From: Eledone cirrhosa
Taxonomy: Eukaryota
Assembly: GCA_964016885.1 (NCBI GenBank)
Contig: OZ024741.1
Location: forward strand, 252,960,001 to 253,024,000
Reading direction: 5' to 3'
DNA length: 64,000 nucleotides
Part shown: one piece after another, positions 1 through 13,952 of the stretch
Layout: each line of letters begins with the position of its first letter
Numbering within the stretch: position 1 is the stretch's first letter
Program-made: the position numbers and the translations under genes
The notes under the pieces: generated by a model
The model's input: only the letters and a program-made list of their open reading frames with translations
The model's database searches: none
Told to the model about the DNA's origin: nothing

Positions 1-59
1 GATGCACATGTATTGTGTGGGTGTGGGTGTGCTACTGTTGACAAACTTTATGTTACATT

Positions 60-590
60 CTCTGACCTGGCCAACAAAAACACCCCTTCCCTTCCTTAAA
101 CTGACAATTAAACCCCATCCCTCTCCTCAACACCCTCGTCCTCTTTTAATGCTCTTATTTTTTCTTTATCCCACCCTCTCCCAAATTCTTTCCTCCCTTC
201 TCTGCCTATCTCTCTTTATCTCTAATCGCTCTTCCTTGCTCTCTTTATCTCTCCTTTATCACTTTTATTCTCCCTCCACCTCACCTTCTACCAACTTTTC
301 TTCCTCTCTCCTTTCCTCTATTATATTCTCTCCAGCCGCTTCCCTCCTATACATATGCAACTACTAACTCTGTGTCTCTAACTGTCATGCGACTAAACAC
401 ATCATAGACTATGGGCAAAGGATATCTCTCTCTCTCTCTTTCTCTGTCTGAAGAAGGACTTCGTCCAAAACATCAAAACCTCGTCTGACAACAATAGAGA
501 AACTCAGGAAACTTCTAAACTTCTCCGCCAATAAATACCATATTCTATCAACGCAGACCACCATTAACTTCCCCTAAATTGTGTCATTAT
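60..590 (+). mobile_element. Decayed Penelope-like pLTR remnant with degenerate minimal hammerhead (448-474)
   Basis: Pyrimidine-rich tract, then ctgaaga-a-ggac-ttc-gtcc-aaaa-catc. This equals the minimal hammerhead CTGAAGA/stem II/GAAA-CG-TC after two CpG-type G>A changes. AATAAA at ~530. Boundaries approximate. Confidence 0.45.
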
Positions 591-769
591 CTTCATCATC
601 GTCAATATTTAACGCTAGCAAGAGTTGGGTTGAATAAGACTTCACAGACCGCGTTAGTACTCAGGTAGGGCTACTGGTCTCGTACATACACACACACAAC
701 TATATATATACACACACACACACATATATAAGAACAGAACAAAGGAAAGACACAAAATAAAATATTATT

Positions 770-893
770 CACTGAGGTCACAAACATTCGGTTATTGAAC
801 CAACAAACCGGAAATTTATAATAAATTGAAGAGAAAACCCACAGGTGCGTGTGTTTTTAGTGGTAGCATGACCCTTCCAAAGTATAACAATAC
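770..893 (+). mobile_element. 3' fragment of hammerhead-bearing repeat family also at 36866-37085 (-) and 15461-15517 (+)
   Basis: Shared tail ggtgcgtgtgttt...catgaccc(t/c)tcc(c)aaagtataacaatac. ctgaggtcaca at 772 resembles the ctgaagaggtcaca core of the 37 kb copy with a deletion. Confidence 0.6.
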
Positions 894-915
894 ACATACA
901 AACACACACACACAC

Positions 916-951
<36 letters not shown>

Positions 952-955
<4 letters not shown>

Positions 956-1280
956 GTGCGCCGGTATTCGCGGGATTTACGTTCCTAGAGCACCCGCGAA
1001 GAGTGGATAACCACGAATATTGGACGTGGCCTATAAACGTCAAAATATAACGTAAAATATAATACAGAAAGAGGCAGCTTCTTATGCGAAGCTGCATCCA
1101 ATAGACCGGCAAATACGGTATATTGTTATTAATAATTTAGCATTAAAAATATATATTGCCACGAAAAAAAGCCATAAAAAATTTGCAGACGATATTTACG
1201 ATTCCGCGAATATACGGTGGTTTCCACGAACAATTATTAGTTAGGTTCTAAGGAAAATTAAGAATGCCTGGGGTTTACTG
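952..1280. mobile_element. Tc1/mariner (pogo/Tigger-like) MITE
   Basis: Ends in ggggtttactg|TA; internal ggtattcgcggg...cccgcgaa and ccgcgaata sub-terminal repeats; inserted in (TA)n. Left TIR decayed. Confidence 0.5.
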
Positions 1281-1335
<55 letters not shown>

Positions 1336-1839
1336 CACATATTAAGGTAATGTTATATACCATTTCCACCTTCGCTTGGCTAATAACATCAGAGATACGA
1401 TTAGCTAGCCGACAGCGATTGACACTTGGTCACTTACCTTGTCATCTGGTCGCCTGGTCAACAGAAAACGACATTGTCACCGGTCAATAAACACAGACAC
1501 TTAAGACAATAAAACTGTTAAAACAATGGATTAAAAAAAACACTTTACACCAGTAAACTGGTTTGTTTATTGTACATATATATCTTTTCTAAGTGTCTTT
1601 ATCCAATCGATAGAGACACTTAAGGCAATAGATACTTGAAACAAATAATTCGGAAACACAGTCAGTTAGATATGTTTGATATCTGTCATTAGTACAACAC
1701 AACAAAGGTTAGCATTATCGAACATAAATTTTCTACTCGACCGATTGTTGTTCTAGCGAACCGGAAACAAACTTGTGAGGCAAAATCAACAATGAAAAGT
1801 GAAAACACATGTCCTAAACACATACAGACACACACACAC

Positions 1840-1900
<61 letters not shown>

Positions 1901-2004
1901 TATACCCGTATACATAAATATTCACAGACACATTGACAATAAGTAGTTTTAAGTAAACAGCAATATATACGTAACTACTAACAGAAACAGAACGGCATAG
2001 CTAC

Positions 2005-2036
<32 letters not shown>

Positions 2037-2039
2037 AAA

Positions 2040-2081
<42 letters not shown>

Positions 2082-2639
2082 GGGGGAGACCTTTATAGCT
2101 TTATATACACCTCTTATATATATATTTATAATAGACACCTTTATAGCTTTATATACAACTCATATATATATATATATATGCGTATGTGTATGTATGTATG
2201 TATATATGTATGTATGTATGTATGTACACGCAGACAATTTCTTTCATAAAACTTCGACTAATTGTACTTGAATTGCTTACAACAAACGATCAAAACACCA
2301 ATTTTCGCTTTAGGAATAAGCTGAACCATCAAGTTAGACTATAAAACAGCTCTTGTTGCACCGTTCTCTCTTTCTCTCTCTCTCTCCATATTTGTGTAAT
2401 TCACCTGAAGGCGTAACTTATCTCTACCTGATTTGTTGTATCCCAATGTGCTCTGGTGTCAACCAAAATGAACCAAAACCATAATGATTTCCAGAGGCTG
2501 ACTGAGGACATGGGACTATCCATTTTTTCGTTGTTTTTTCCATTTCCTTTATCCTGTGTGCCTCTGATTTTTGAATATATATATATGAACTGCAGGCATG
2601 GGTGTGTTGTTATGAAGTTCATTTAAGTCTTATTGGGAT

Positions 2640-2752
2640 TTGAGCTCTATTCCAGTTTATGGCTATACCTTGGTCAAGTGTCTTCTACTATAGCCAGCGA
2701 CCAATCAAAGCTTTATGAGTGAAATTTAGCTGATGGAAATTGCCTAGAAACC
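2640..2752 (+). mobile_element. Old SINE fragment
   Basis: ccttggtcaagtgtcttctactatagcc...aaagctttatgagtgaaattt; the reverse-complement family surrounds 3245-3665. Confidence 0.45.
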
Positions 2753-3274
2753 TAACTAAAAAAAGAATCTACCATTTTTGTTTTGGAGTGGTAGAGAAGG
2801 CCACTCACAAGTCTTTGGTATTAGGTGGAGTTGGGGAGGAAGGGGAAGGGGCTGGGGTAGGGTCATCAGAATATTCTGGATGGGCACTTTAATTCACAAT
2901 AATTCTAAGGTGGGGTTTTTGAATAAGCATATCACTGTAAATTTTTCTAAATCTGAGGGTGCTCCATTGAAAAGTTGGTGATGAAGGGAGCAGGGGGCAG
3001 AGTTATGTAGTGACTACCACCCTCCATCCCTTGTGACATCCCAGACCCATGATAAACCTAATCCATCACCCTGTTTAGCAGAATCACCTGGACTTTGTGA
3101 ATGTATTCAGCAGAGCCCTTTCTGTTGCTAGGACCCCAACTAGATATCCAGTTTGAGCATAACTAATAGATTCAGGATGACATAATGTGTGATAAGGCTG
3201 GCCCTTTGAATTTCACAAAAAGACCATCTGATTGGCTTTCAAACAGTTTCTCTCTAACCAATTTCATTCAAAAG

Positions 3275-3567
3275 CAGGGCCCGATTTAGACCTTGGAGGG
3301 TTCGGGGGCACTTCAGGTTGGGCTCATACAGAAAAATTTAGAATACCCAGCAAACCCCCAATTTTAAATATCAAAGTCACCTTGGTGCAAGTAATTGGAA
3401 TTGAAAAGTTATACATACAGGTATTAAGTAAAAAAAATCTAACCATCCTAAAACTAAAAAGCTCAGCAGAGGGCACAGATAAATTGCCACAGCCGTCGCT
3501 GGTGGTATCCCCTACTACAGAGGACCCAAGGCAATTGCTCCCTTTGCTCCGATTAAATCTGACTCTG
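3275..3567. mobile_element. hAT-like MITE inserted into a SINE
   Basis: Imperfect TIRs cagggcccgatttag / ttaaatctgactctg; 8-bp TSD ttcaaaag / ctcacaag (2 mismatches); flanks rejoin as the reverse complement of the SINE at 2640-2752. Confidence 0.55.
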
Positions 3568-5339
3568 CTCACAAGGCTTGGATTATCTTCAAAGCTATGG
3601 TAAAAGATGCTTGCCTAAGAGGCTACACAGCTGGACCAAATCCTAAACTTTATGATTGTGAAAAGAACATAGCTATTCAGCTGTGCTGCTCTAGAAATAG
3701 GTTAAGGTTTATATATTGTTACTTATGCCAGAGAGAGACAACAACCAGAATGACATCAACAATAGCCATCACCACTATCACCCCCCATCACCACCACCTC
3801 CATCACCACCATCACCACTATCACCACTACCACCCCCACCCCCACCACCAACACTATCATCACCATCATCACAACTACTACTACAACAACAATAACCACA
3901 GCAACAACAACAACATCAACAAATCATCTACTAAAACAGAATAAAGAGATATTGTTGTAGGTATAGAAATATCAGGTGAGAAACTAACAGGTGAAAAAGG
4001 TGATTGGCTTAATACAGCACTTTAGTGTCTTGTAAGGTGGTAAATTGACAGTCATTAGAATGTAGAATGCTTTGCGGTATTAGTTCTGACTCTCTGCTCT
4101 TTGAGTTCAAATTCTTCCAAGATCAACTTTGTCTCTTATCCTTTTGAGTTTGATAAAAATCTATCAGTCTAGTGCTGGGCGATTCTTCCTCTATATCTCT
4201 TTCTCAATTCTTCTCTCTCATTCTTTCTCCCATTCTTTGGAAAAAATAGGTTGTGTTCAGACATGGAAGATGGATGAGCTCTGCCTGGTTTTAAATGCCT
4301 ATGTATGTCACTATGATATCCGTATAACTCCATCATGAGTTAAGGGTTCATATATATATATATATATACATTCTTACATATTTATGTCAGCGTAGTACAC
4401 ACCCTATGAGACAACTATTATATATCACTGGATAAATGTTTCCCTCTTTCCACCAGTCTTTGAGGATCTGAAAGATTCATGGGTTCTGCCTTTTTTCTCA
4501 CTATCTTCTGTAAATTAAATAAATTCAACTACTAAAAAATCCTTCCACTCATCCCCAGATGGCCGATAGAATCTAATTTTCAATAACTATTCTCTTATTA
4601 AATAATCTAAGCTTGTGTCATGCCTGTTTATTCCTCCTACACCAACCTTCTCAAACTTCTACAATGGTTTACTAACAAGCTGAAGGAGTCCTAACCAGAA
4701 CTAATGTGGTTGGACCTTCATCAGGAAAAACAACAAAAAAATATTGAATATTTAGGCTGTAAATTTTAAAAAAATAATTTTTTTTCCATCTTTCTCCAAA
4801 TTTTTTCCCAGAGCCCCTTTGAAGTTAATTCTCAGTAACGCCTTGTGTTAATTATGCAGGGAATATTTGCAAGATTTGCAGAAGCTTGTTATCGCATTGT
4901 GTTCAACGGACAAGAGATGTCACAGGCAGTGGCAAGCCGAAGAAGCTGGAAGGCCAATACGAAAAGGCCAGATTCATAAACATGGTGGTGATAGCAGTAG
5001 AGATGATGTTGTTGTTATTTGAGTTGGTAGAAGTGGTGATTAGATTTCGTTTGTGTTGTGGTTGGTGAAGGTGTTGGGAGTGACGGTAGTTCTGTAAACC
5101 TAATCAAAGATTGCAATCCTTCAGGAGTTTTCATCAATTAATGCATGAGTTAATATCTGACGGTGTTTGGTGCGCTAGGAATTAGTAAACTGCAGTGAAA
5201 TTTCTGGCTGCTGCACGCCAGGCAACAAGGGTAAAAGATGGAGGCAGATGGTGGCAGGGAGAGATGCCCTATTCATGCCAGTATTTCAGCAACTCAGTGT
5301 CCGTGGCTGTCAAACGAACAAGTTTACAGATTGGAACCA

Positions 5340-6108
5340 GAGATTAGTGTTGCTGTTGGTGTTGTTTATAGTTGTGTTGGTGTTGGTAGTAGTGTTGGTG
5401 GTGGGGACTACTGCTGCTAGTGTGCTTGTGTGTGTGGTTGGTGTATTGTAGTAGTATTAGTATTGTTAGATTGTGGAGTTGGTGACAGAGAGAGTGGTGA
5501 CAGAGGTGGTGGTGGTAGAGTTGGTGTGGTGTAAACTTGCTGTTGGTGCTCTCTATAGTTGAGGTGGTGGTGGGGATAGTGTGGGGTTGGTGTGGTTAGT
5601 AGGCTGTAGAAGCATTGGTATTGATGGGGATTTGGGAGTAGTAATACTATTGGTATTGGTACAATGTGTTTTTGGAGGTGGTGGTGATGGAGGTGGTGAT
5701 GGAGGTGATGGAGGTGGTGGTAATTTTGGAGTAGTAATGCTATAGGTATTGGTACACCATATTGATGGCAGTAGTGGTGGTAAGGGGTTGGTTGGGTTGG
5801 TGGTGGTAGTTTTGGAGTAGTAATGCTGTTGGTATTGGTAAAATGTGTTGTTAGTGGTGGTGTTAGTGTTGGGAGGGATGGTGGTAGTGGTGATTGTTGT
5901 AGTGGTGATGATGGTGGTGGTAGTGGTCATAATAGTGCTGGTTGTGGTGGTGGTGGTGGTGGTGGTGGTGATAATGGTGGTGGTGTTGGGTTGGTAAGAG
6001 TTGCTTAATAGTTACATGTTTGTTTTGGTTGAGGTAGTGCATGGTATGATGACATGGTGGTGTGGTGTATGGTAGTGTTGTAGTGTGTGATGGTCTGTAG
6101 TAGTAGTA

Positions 6109-6162
<54 letters not shown>

Positions 6163-6170
6163 TAGTAGTG

Positions 6171-6212
<42 letters not shown>

Positions 6213-6225
6213 CTAGTAGTAGGAT

Positions 6226-6272
<47 letters not shown>

Positions 6273-6288
6273 GGACTAGTAGTAGGAC

Positions 6289-6320
<32 letters not shown>

Positions 6321-6620
6321 ATGTGTGGAGTAGTAGTAGTAGTAATGTGTGGGGTAGTAGTAGTAGTAATGTGTGGAGGAGTGTGGTGTGGTGTGGTGGT
6401 GTATGGGACACAGTAGTGTTGTAGTTTGTGACAGTGTGTGTTGGTGTTAGGGAGTGAGATGTGTAGTTGGGTGCTGATGTGTAGGTGAGTTGTGTGTGGG
6501 TGGTAGTATGTGGTATGTGGTGTAGTGTGGTATGATGCAGTGAGATAAAGCAGTAAGGAGCGGTGTGGTGGTGGTTGTGAGTACTATTGGTGTTGGGCAG
6601 GAGTGTATAGTTGTGACTAT
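5340..6620. repeat. Degenerate (GGT)n/(GTA)n/(GTGTG)n low-complexity tract
   Basis: Direct reading. Confidence 0.85.
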
Positions 6621-6675
6621 AATAATAAGAGGTGTGGGGTTGTTATGGGGAGGTGTGTTAAGGTGGAATCAGTGA

Positions 6676-7040
6676 AGTGTGTGTGTGTGTGTATATGTGT
6701 GTGCATTTGCATGTTTGTGTATATGTATGTGTTTACATGTGTGTTTGTGTATATGTGTGTGCATTTGCATGTTTGTGTATAGAGTATGTGTTTACATGTG
6801 TGTTTGTGTATATGTGTGTGCATTTGCATGTTTGTGTATATGTATGTGTTTACATGCGTGTTTGTGTATATGTGTGTGCATTTGCATGTGTGTTTGTGTT
6901 TGCATGTTTGTGTATGTATATATGTGTGTGTGTGTTTGCATATTTGTGTGCGTGTGTGTATGTGTGTGTGTATGTGTGTATCTGTTGTATCTGTTTGTGT
7001 ATGTGTATGTGTTTGCATGTGTGTGTGTGTGTGTGTGTGA
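6676..7040. repeat. (GT)-derived minisatellite, ~54-bp unit
   Basis: Repeated gtgtgtgcatttgcatgtttgtgtata...gtgtttacatg. Confidence 0.85.
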
Positions 7041-7099
7041 GAAGTGGATGGTGTGACACTACCAATGACCACCAAGAACATGATTGTCACCATCACAGT

Positions 7100-7135
<36 letters not shown>

Positions 7136-7184
7136 CATTGCAGTAGCAGTTATGGCAGCAAATCAATATTGGTGAGCTCTTAGT

Positions 7185-7380
7185 ATCACTGTCATCATCA
7201 TCATCAACATCAACACTGTCACCATCATCATCATCACTGTCAACATCATCATCATAATTGACACATCATCATCATCATCATCACTGTCAACATCATCATC
7301 ATAATTGACACATCATCATCATCATCATTATCATCATAATTGTCACATCATCATCATCATCATTATCATCATAATTGTCA

Positions 7381-7415
<35 letters not shown>

Positions 7416-10400
7416 CTGGCATCATCATCATCATAATTGTCACATCCTCATCATCATCATCACTGTCATCACTGTCACCAACATCATCATAATTGTCACA
7501 TCTTTGTCATCGTTTCTGTCATCTTCATCATCATGTCATCATCAGTAACGGCAGCATTGTTATTGTCATCATCATCATCTTCGTCACTGTCACCACCACC
7601 ACCACCCTCATCACCATCACCATCATCACCAGCAGCAGTTCTATCCTTGTAATCTTGCCACATCACCTGAACTAGTAAAGACACCACTACCAACCAGTAG
7701 CAGTAGCACCACTGCTAACTACAACAACAATACTAGCATCACCATCACCACCACCACCACCACCATCACCACCACCACCATCACCATCACCATCACCACC
7801 ACCACCATCACTATCACTATCACCATCACCACCACCACCATCACTATCACTATCACCATCACCATCACCACCACCATCAACATCACCATCACCATCACCA
7901 TCACCACCACCACCATCACTATCACTATCACCATCACCATCACCACCACCACCACCATCACCATCACCACCACTATCACCATCACCATCACCACCACCAC
8001 CACCATCACTATCACTATCACCATCACCATCACCATCACCACCACCATCACCATCACCATCACCACCACCACCATCACTATCACTATCACCATCACCATC
8101 ACCACCACCATCAACATCACCATCACCATCACCACCACCACCATCACTATCACTATCACCATCACCATCACCACCACCACCACCATCACCATCACCACCA
8201 CTATCACCATCACCACCACCACCACCATCACTATCACTATCACCATCACCATCACCACCACCACCACCACCATCACTATCACTATCACCATCACCATCAC
8301 CACCACCACCAACATCACCATCACCACCACCACCATCACTATCACTATCACCATCACCATCACCACCACCACCACCATCACCATCACCACCACTATCACC
8401 ATCACCATCACCACCACCACCATCACTATCACTATCACCATCACCATCACCACCACCACCGTCACCATCACCATCACCACCACCACCATCACTATCACTA
8501 TTACTATCACCATCACCACCACCACCACCATCACCATCACCACCACTATCACCATCACCATCACCACCACCATCACCATCACCATCACTATCACCATCAC
8601 CACCACCATCACCATCACTATCACCATCACCATCATCATCACCACCATGACCACCACCACAGCCATCATCACCACCACCACCACCACCATGACCACCACC
8701 ACAGCCATCATCACCACCATCACCATCACCACCACCATCACCATCACCACCATCACCATCACCATCATCATCACCACCACCACCATCACCATCACCACCA
8801 TCACCATCATCGTCATTGTCATTTCCTTCATTATCATCAATCTGGCATTGAGGACGAATAGCAAAGAGATGTCAAAGATATTATCCTTTGAATAACATCA
8901 TCATCATCATAGTTGTCGTGATCATTGTTATCATCTTTATCATCATCATCACCATCATCATTATCATTGTCATTATCATTCCTAACATTATCACCATTTT
9001 CGCTTAATATTACAGCCACCACCACCACCACCATCACCATCACCATTATCATCATCACCACCACCACCACCACCACCACCAACATCATCACCACCACCAC
9101 CACCACCACCACCAACATCATTATCATCATCACCACCACCACCACCATCATCATCACCATCACCACCACCACCACCACCACCAACATCATCATCACCACC
9201 ACCACCACCAACATCATTATCATTATCATCATCACCACCACCACCACCACCACCACCATCATTATCACCATCACCATCACCACCACCAACATCATCATCA
9301 CCACCACCACCACCATCATTATCATCATCATCACCACCATCATTATCATCATCATCACCACCACCACCACCAACATCATTATCATTATCACCACCATCAT
9401 TATCATCATCATCACCACCACCACCACCACCATCACCACCACCATCATCATCACCACCACAATCATCATCATCACTATCATCATCATGCTGTCCAGCCCT
9501 GCAATCCCGCTGATAACAAGGCAAACAACATTAACCCATACTACTAACATAAACAACACCACATTCACTGCTACCTATAACATTAATACCACTACTACCA
9601 TTACAACCATCACCACCACCACTACCACTACCACAACAACCATCACAACCATCACCACCACCACTACCACTACCACAACAACCATCACAACCATCACCAC
9701 CACCACTACCACTACCACAACAACCTTCAAAACCACCACCATCACCACTGTCACCACCACCACCACCACCAGCATCACAATAATACCATTACAACCATCA
9801 CCACCACCACCACTACCACTACCACAACAACCATCAAAACCACCACCATCACCACCACCACCACCATCACCAGCATCACAATAATACCATTACAACCATC
9901 ACCACCACCACCACTACCACTACCACAACAACCATCAAAACCACCACCATTACCACTGTCACCACCATCACCAGCATCACAATAATACCATTACAACCAT
10001 CACCACCACCACCACTACCACTACCACAACAACCATCAAAACCACCACCATTACCACTGTCACCACCATCACCAGCATCACAATAATACCATTACAACCA
10101 TCACCACCACCACCACTACCACTACCACAACAACTATCAAAACCACCACCATTACCACTGTCACCACCACCAGCATCACAATAATACCATTAAAACCATC
10201 ACCACCACCACCACTACCACTACCACAACAACCATCAAAACCACCACCATTACCACTGTCACCACCACCAGCATCACAATAATACCATTAAAACCATCAC
10301 CACCACCACCACTACCACTACCACAACAACTATCAAAACCACCACCATCACCACTGTCACCACCACCAGCATCACAATAATACCATTAAAACCATCACCA

Positions 10401-10615
10401 CCACCACCACCACCACCACTACCACAACAACTATCAAAACCACCACCATTACCACTGTCACCACCACTGCCATCACAATAATACCATCACAACCATCACC
10501 ATCACTACCACCACCACTACCACAACAACCATCAAAACCACCACCATCACCACTGTCACCACCACCATCACAATAATACCATCACAACCATCACTATCAC
10601 CACCACCACCACCAC
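7185..10615. repeat. Compound (CAT)n/(CAC)n microsatellite field ending in a ~95-100 bp higher-order tandem repeat (9770-10600)
   Basis: Repeated unit cagcatcacaataataccattacaaccatcaccacc...caaccatcaaaaccaccacc. Confidence 0.9.
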
Positions 10616-10625
10616 TGACTATATA

Positions 10626-11170
10626 TCTAGTCAACATCTACACATGGTTATTCTATTTTGTCAACATCTACACACAGTGTCATTCAATTTTGTCAACATC
10701 TACACACAGTGTCATTCAATTTTGTCAACATCTACACACAGTGTCATTCAATTTTGTCAACATCTACACACAGTGTCTTTCTATTTTGTCAACATCTACA
10801 CACAGTGTCATTCTATTTTGTCAACATCGACACACAGTGTCATTGTATTTTGTCAACATCTACACACTGTCATTCTATTTTGTCAACATCTACACAGTGT
10901 CTTTCTATTTTGTCAACTTCTACACATAGTGTCATTCTATTTTGTCAACATCTACACACTGTCATTCTATTTTGTCAACATCTACACAGTGTCATTCTAT
11001 TTTGTCAACATCTACACACAGTGTCATTCTATTTTGTCAACATCTACACACTGTGTCTATCTTTCTTGTCAACATCTATTTTTCATGTCTGTCAACATCT
11101 GCACACTGTGTTTATCTTGTCAACATCTACACATTCTGTCTATGTATCTAGTCAACATCTACCTATGTAC
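10626..11170. repeat. 28-30 bp minisatellite
   Basis: Unit tgtcaacatctacacacagtgtcattctattt repeated, decaying to the right. Confidence 0.9.
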
Positions 11171-11381
11171 TGAATCAACATATAAACATTGGGTCTATTC
11201 TGTCAAAACCTACACTGTGTGTCTATCTATCCAGTCAATATCTGCACCCTGTATCATGATACATCTACACAGTGTATGTCTATTCAGTCAAAATCTACTC
11301 TGTGTGTCTATCTGTGCAGTCAACATCTACGTAATGCATATATCTATACATTGTGATTGTCTATCTTCAAATATCTACACA

Positions 11382-11541
11382 GTGTCTATGTTATACATCA
11401 GTGCACTATGTCTATAATATATATATATATATATATATCATTATCATCATCATCATCATCATTTAACGTCCATGATGATGATGATGATGATAATGATATA
11501 TATATATTATAGACATAGTACACTGATGTATAACATAGACA
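11382..11541. repeat. Fold-back palindrome centred on a LINE/SINE 3' tail stub
   Basis: tgtctatgttatacatcagtgcactatgtctataat(at)n(cat)n | ttaacgtcc | (atg)n(at)n attatagacatagtacactgatgtataacatagaca. Confidence 0.85.
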
Positions 11542-11588
11542 TAGTGTGTAAATGTATCAAGATAGACAATCACAATGTGTAGATATTG

Positions 11589-11632
<44 letters not shown>

Positions 11633-11857
11633 TTGTCTAGTTTGTGTATATGCAAATCTTTATATTTAATAATCTTCCATAAGGTTGAGATGCAATTTGG
11701 GCAATATTGGGCTGTGCTTTCTAGCAACCAGCCCACTCGCCGTAAGCAACCAATCACATTCTTTCTGACTTGACCACTGCCACGTCACAGTTCTTAGCCA
11801 TTTTGAATTCGTTTCTGGCGGGGATCACTTAAGAAAATTCTTTGTCCAAATGAGTTT

Positions 11858-11937
11858 GTTTCCTGATGAGTTCGAAGATCGAGATTTTATCCTTAATAGG
11901 ATATTTCCGAAAGCGAACGAAACCCTAGGGTAGAAAC
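11858..11937 (+). ncRNA. Type I hammerhead ribozyme motif, intact core
   Basis: Stem I gtttc/gaaac; CTGATGA (11863-69); stem II gttcg/cgaac with inner tatcct/aggata hairpin; GAAA; palindromic stem III ccctaggg; GTA cleavage triplet. Confidence 0.8.
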
Positions 11938-12268
11938 GTAATCCTGGTATGTGTATATGCATTTTTTCTTCTAACTTTAATTTTATACCTAATTCTGTAT
12001 GGTTGACGGTATATTTAATCGATTTCCACGTGGTATTGAAATGTTGGGTAAATATTCTATAGCGGTTGGTCGCGAATAGATTGCTGTTGTTTATTTATCT
12101 ACTATTTCTTCATAGGTGCCTTTTAATCTTATAGCCTGGTCTAATTGATTTTTTGTGTGGTTAATTATGCTAATTGGGAGAGGAAATGGTGTATATATAT
12201 TATCAAATGATTCTATGGACATACTTTATAGTATATATATATATATATATATACAATATATATATATA

Positions 12269-12365
12269 TATTTAATATAGAAATGGCTTCTACAGGACTA
12301 GAACTGTTTCATTCGGGAGAAATGAAACAGTTCTAGTCTTGTAGAAGCCATTTATATATTAAATA
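12269..12365. repeat. Palindrome formed from the 3' half of a hammerhead element (family of 27840-27985 and 42377-42535)
   Basis: aatatagaaatggcttctacaggactagaactgtttcatt-cgggaga-aatgaaacagttctagtcttgtagaagccatttatatatt. Confidence 0.85.
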
Positions 12366-12532
12366 TTTATATATATATATATATAAAGTTAGTCCTTCAT
12401 CAGTGATCTTCCAACCTTCATTGGTATTTCATCGCTTTAAATACCAATGACTAACTTTATTCATATGTAACCCATTTGCAACCACGCAGCACGTTAGTTT
12501 ATATATATATATCTCTCTCTCTATATATATAT

Positions 12533-12643
12533 AGTAATAATAATAAATGTGAAGACTAAAATCCAAAGAGGGCTCGATAAGAATAAATATATATATTGGT
12601 GACACTTATTATACACACAGCACACTGATGTATAAATTATATA
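12533..12643 (-). mobile_element. 3' tail of repeat family shared with 58126-58185
   Basis: gaagactaaaatccaaagagggctcgataagaataaata is the near reverse complement of 58126-58170. Confidence 0.65.
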
Positions 12644-13555
12644 TCTATATATATAAAACTGAGGATGTCTGTCTGTGTGTGTGTGAGTTTGAATCCTTAA
12701 AACTAGAGAAGCACCCAACCGACTGTTTTCAAACTTTACACATGTACTACTTATGTTTCAGGGAGTGTTCTGAGCAAAATAAATTTCAAATTTTCAAATT
12801 TTCAATGCCCTAGGGACCACATTAGGCAATTTAGCGATCTCTCTCTATAATTCTTAGTCTTTCTCTTTTTAGATAGATACATACATATAACGTCACGCCC
12901 TTATAATATGTCTGTATGTGTGACTGTCTGCATTACGTCACTTCCCTTAGGATGTCTGTCTGTGTGTGTGTGTGTGTGAGTTTGAATACCTAAAACTCGA
13001 GAAGTACCCAATCGACTTTTTTCAAACTTTACATGTGTATTACTTATGTTTCAGGGAGTGTTATGCACATAAGAAAATTCAACTTTTTGATCCCCTAGGT
13101 GAAAAACTGCATTTTTTCAGGTTTTTAGGGGTTTTTTGAGGCGTTATGTTAAACCAATTTCCTTGAAATTGTAACTATGTATTAGTCAGTTTCTTCTTCA
13201 TACCGTGAGCAAAGAAAATCCAACTTTGTTATGGCCTAGGGCTCGCATTCAGTGAAAAACTTCATTTTTTCAGCTTTTTAGGGCTTTTTTGAGGCGTTAC
13301 GACTAGCCGATTCTCCCGAAATTTCAAGGCACATAAAAGAAATTCATTTTCTTGATCCCCTAGGGCCCGCATTAGGTGAAAACCTGCATTTTTCCTGTTT
13401 CATCGAGAAAAATCTTAAAGATTATCCAGCCATCAGAGTATTCGATTTATTTTCTTTACATATTGTCTAGGCATGCAGTTTTTCCACGATTAGGTCTGTT
13501 GGCGGCCTGCGTTCCAAAATACCTTATCCCATGCAATGCCGGGTACCACTGTTAG
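12644..13555 (+). mobile_element. Non-autonomous Helitron-type element
   Basis: 5' TCtatatatataaaa; 3' GC hairpin cccatgcaatgccggg then TTAG (CTAG variant); inserted A|T with no TSD. Empty site present as an inverted copy at 15544-15631. Internal duplication 12661-12815 / 12949-13100. Confidence 0.75.
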
Positions 13556-13608
13556 TATATAATAATACTGATATTAATATAATATAGTTATAATTAATAT
13601 ATATATAT

Positions 13609-13952
13609 TCATTCATTCATTCATTTCATTTTATTTCAGCTTTTTCCATGCTTGCAAGGGTGAGACGGGAACTGATTCTGGCTTGATTTCTACAGCTGGA
13701 TGCCCTTCCTAACACCAACCTCATTTACAGTGAGTGATGTGTGATTTTTTACAATGGGACCTCCACGACCACTTTGCAGTGGAATGATAGGGACCCCAGT
13801 CCCTACCATCTCATTTCTACAGCTGAGTAAACTGGAGCAATGTGAAATAAAGTGTCTTGCTCAAGGAAACAACACATCACCCAGTCTGAGAATTGAACTC
13901 ACAACCTTTCGATTGCAAGGCCAATGCTCTAACCACTAAGCCATGTGCCTCC
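13609..13952 (-). mobile_element. tRNA-derived SINE family A (Meta-like central domain, RTE-derived tail)
   Basis: On the minus strand: box A tggcttagtgg, box B gagttcaatt, central cttgagcaagacactttatttcacattgctccagtttactcagctg, tail ggttggtgttaggaagggcatcca. Confidence 0.85.

Noticed and set aside
5553-9884. Long poly-V/T/H/G/P ORFs
   Set aside because: Trinucleotide microsatellites open in several frames and on both strands; no domain or splice evidence.
10626-11170. 30-bp repeat array resembling CRISPR
   Set aside because: Contiguous units without unique spacers, no cas genes, eukaryotic context.
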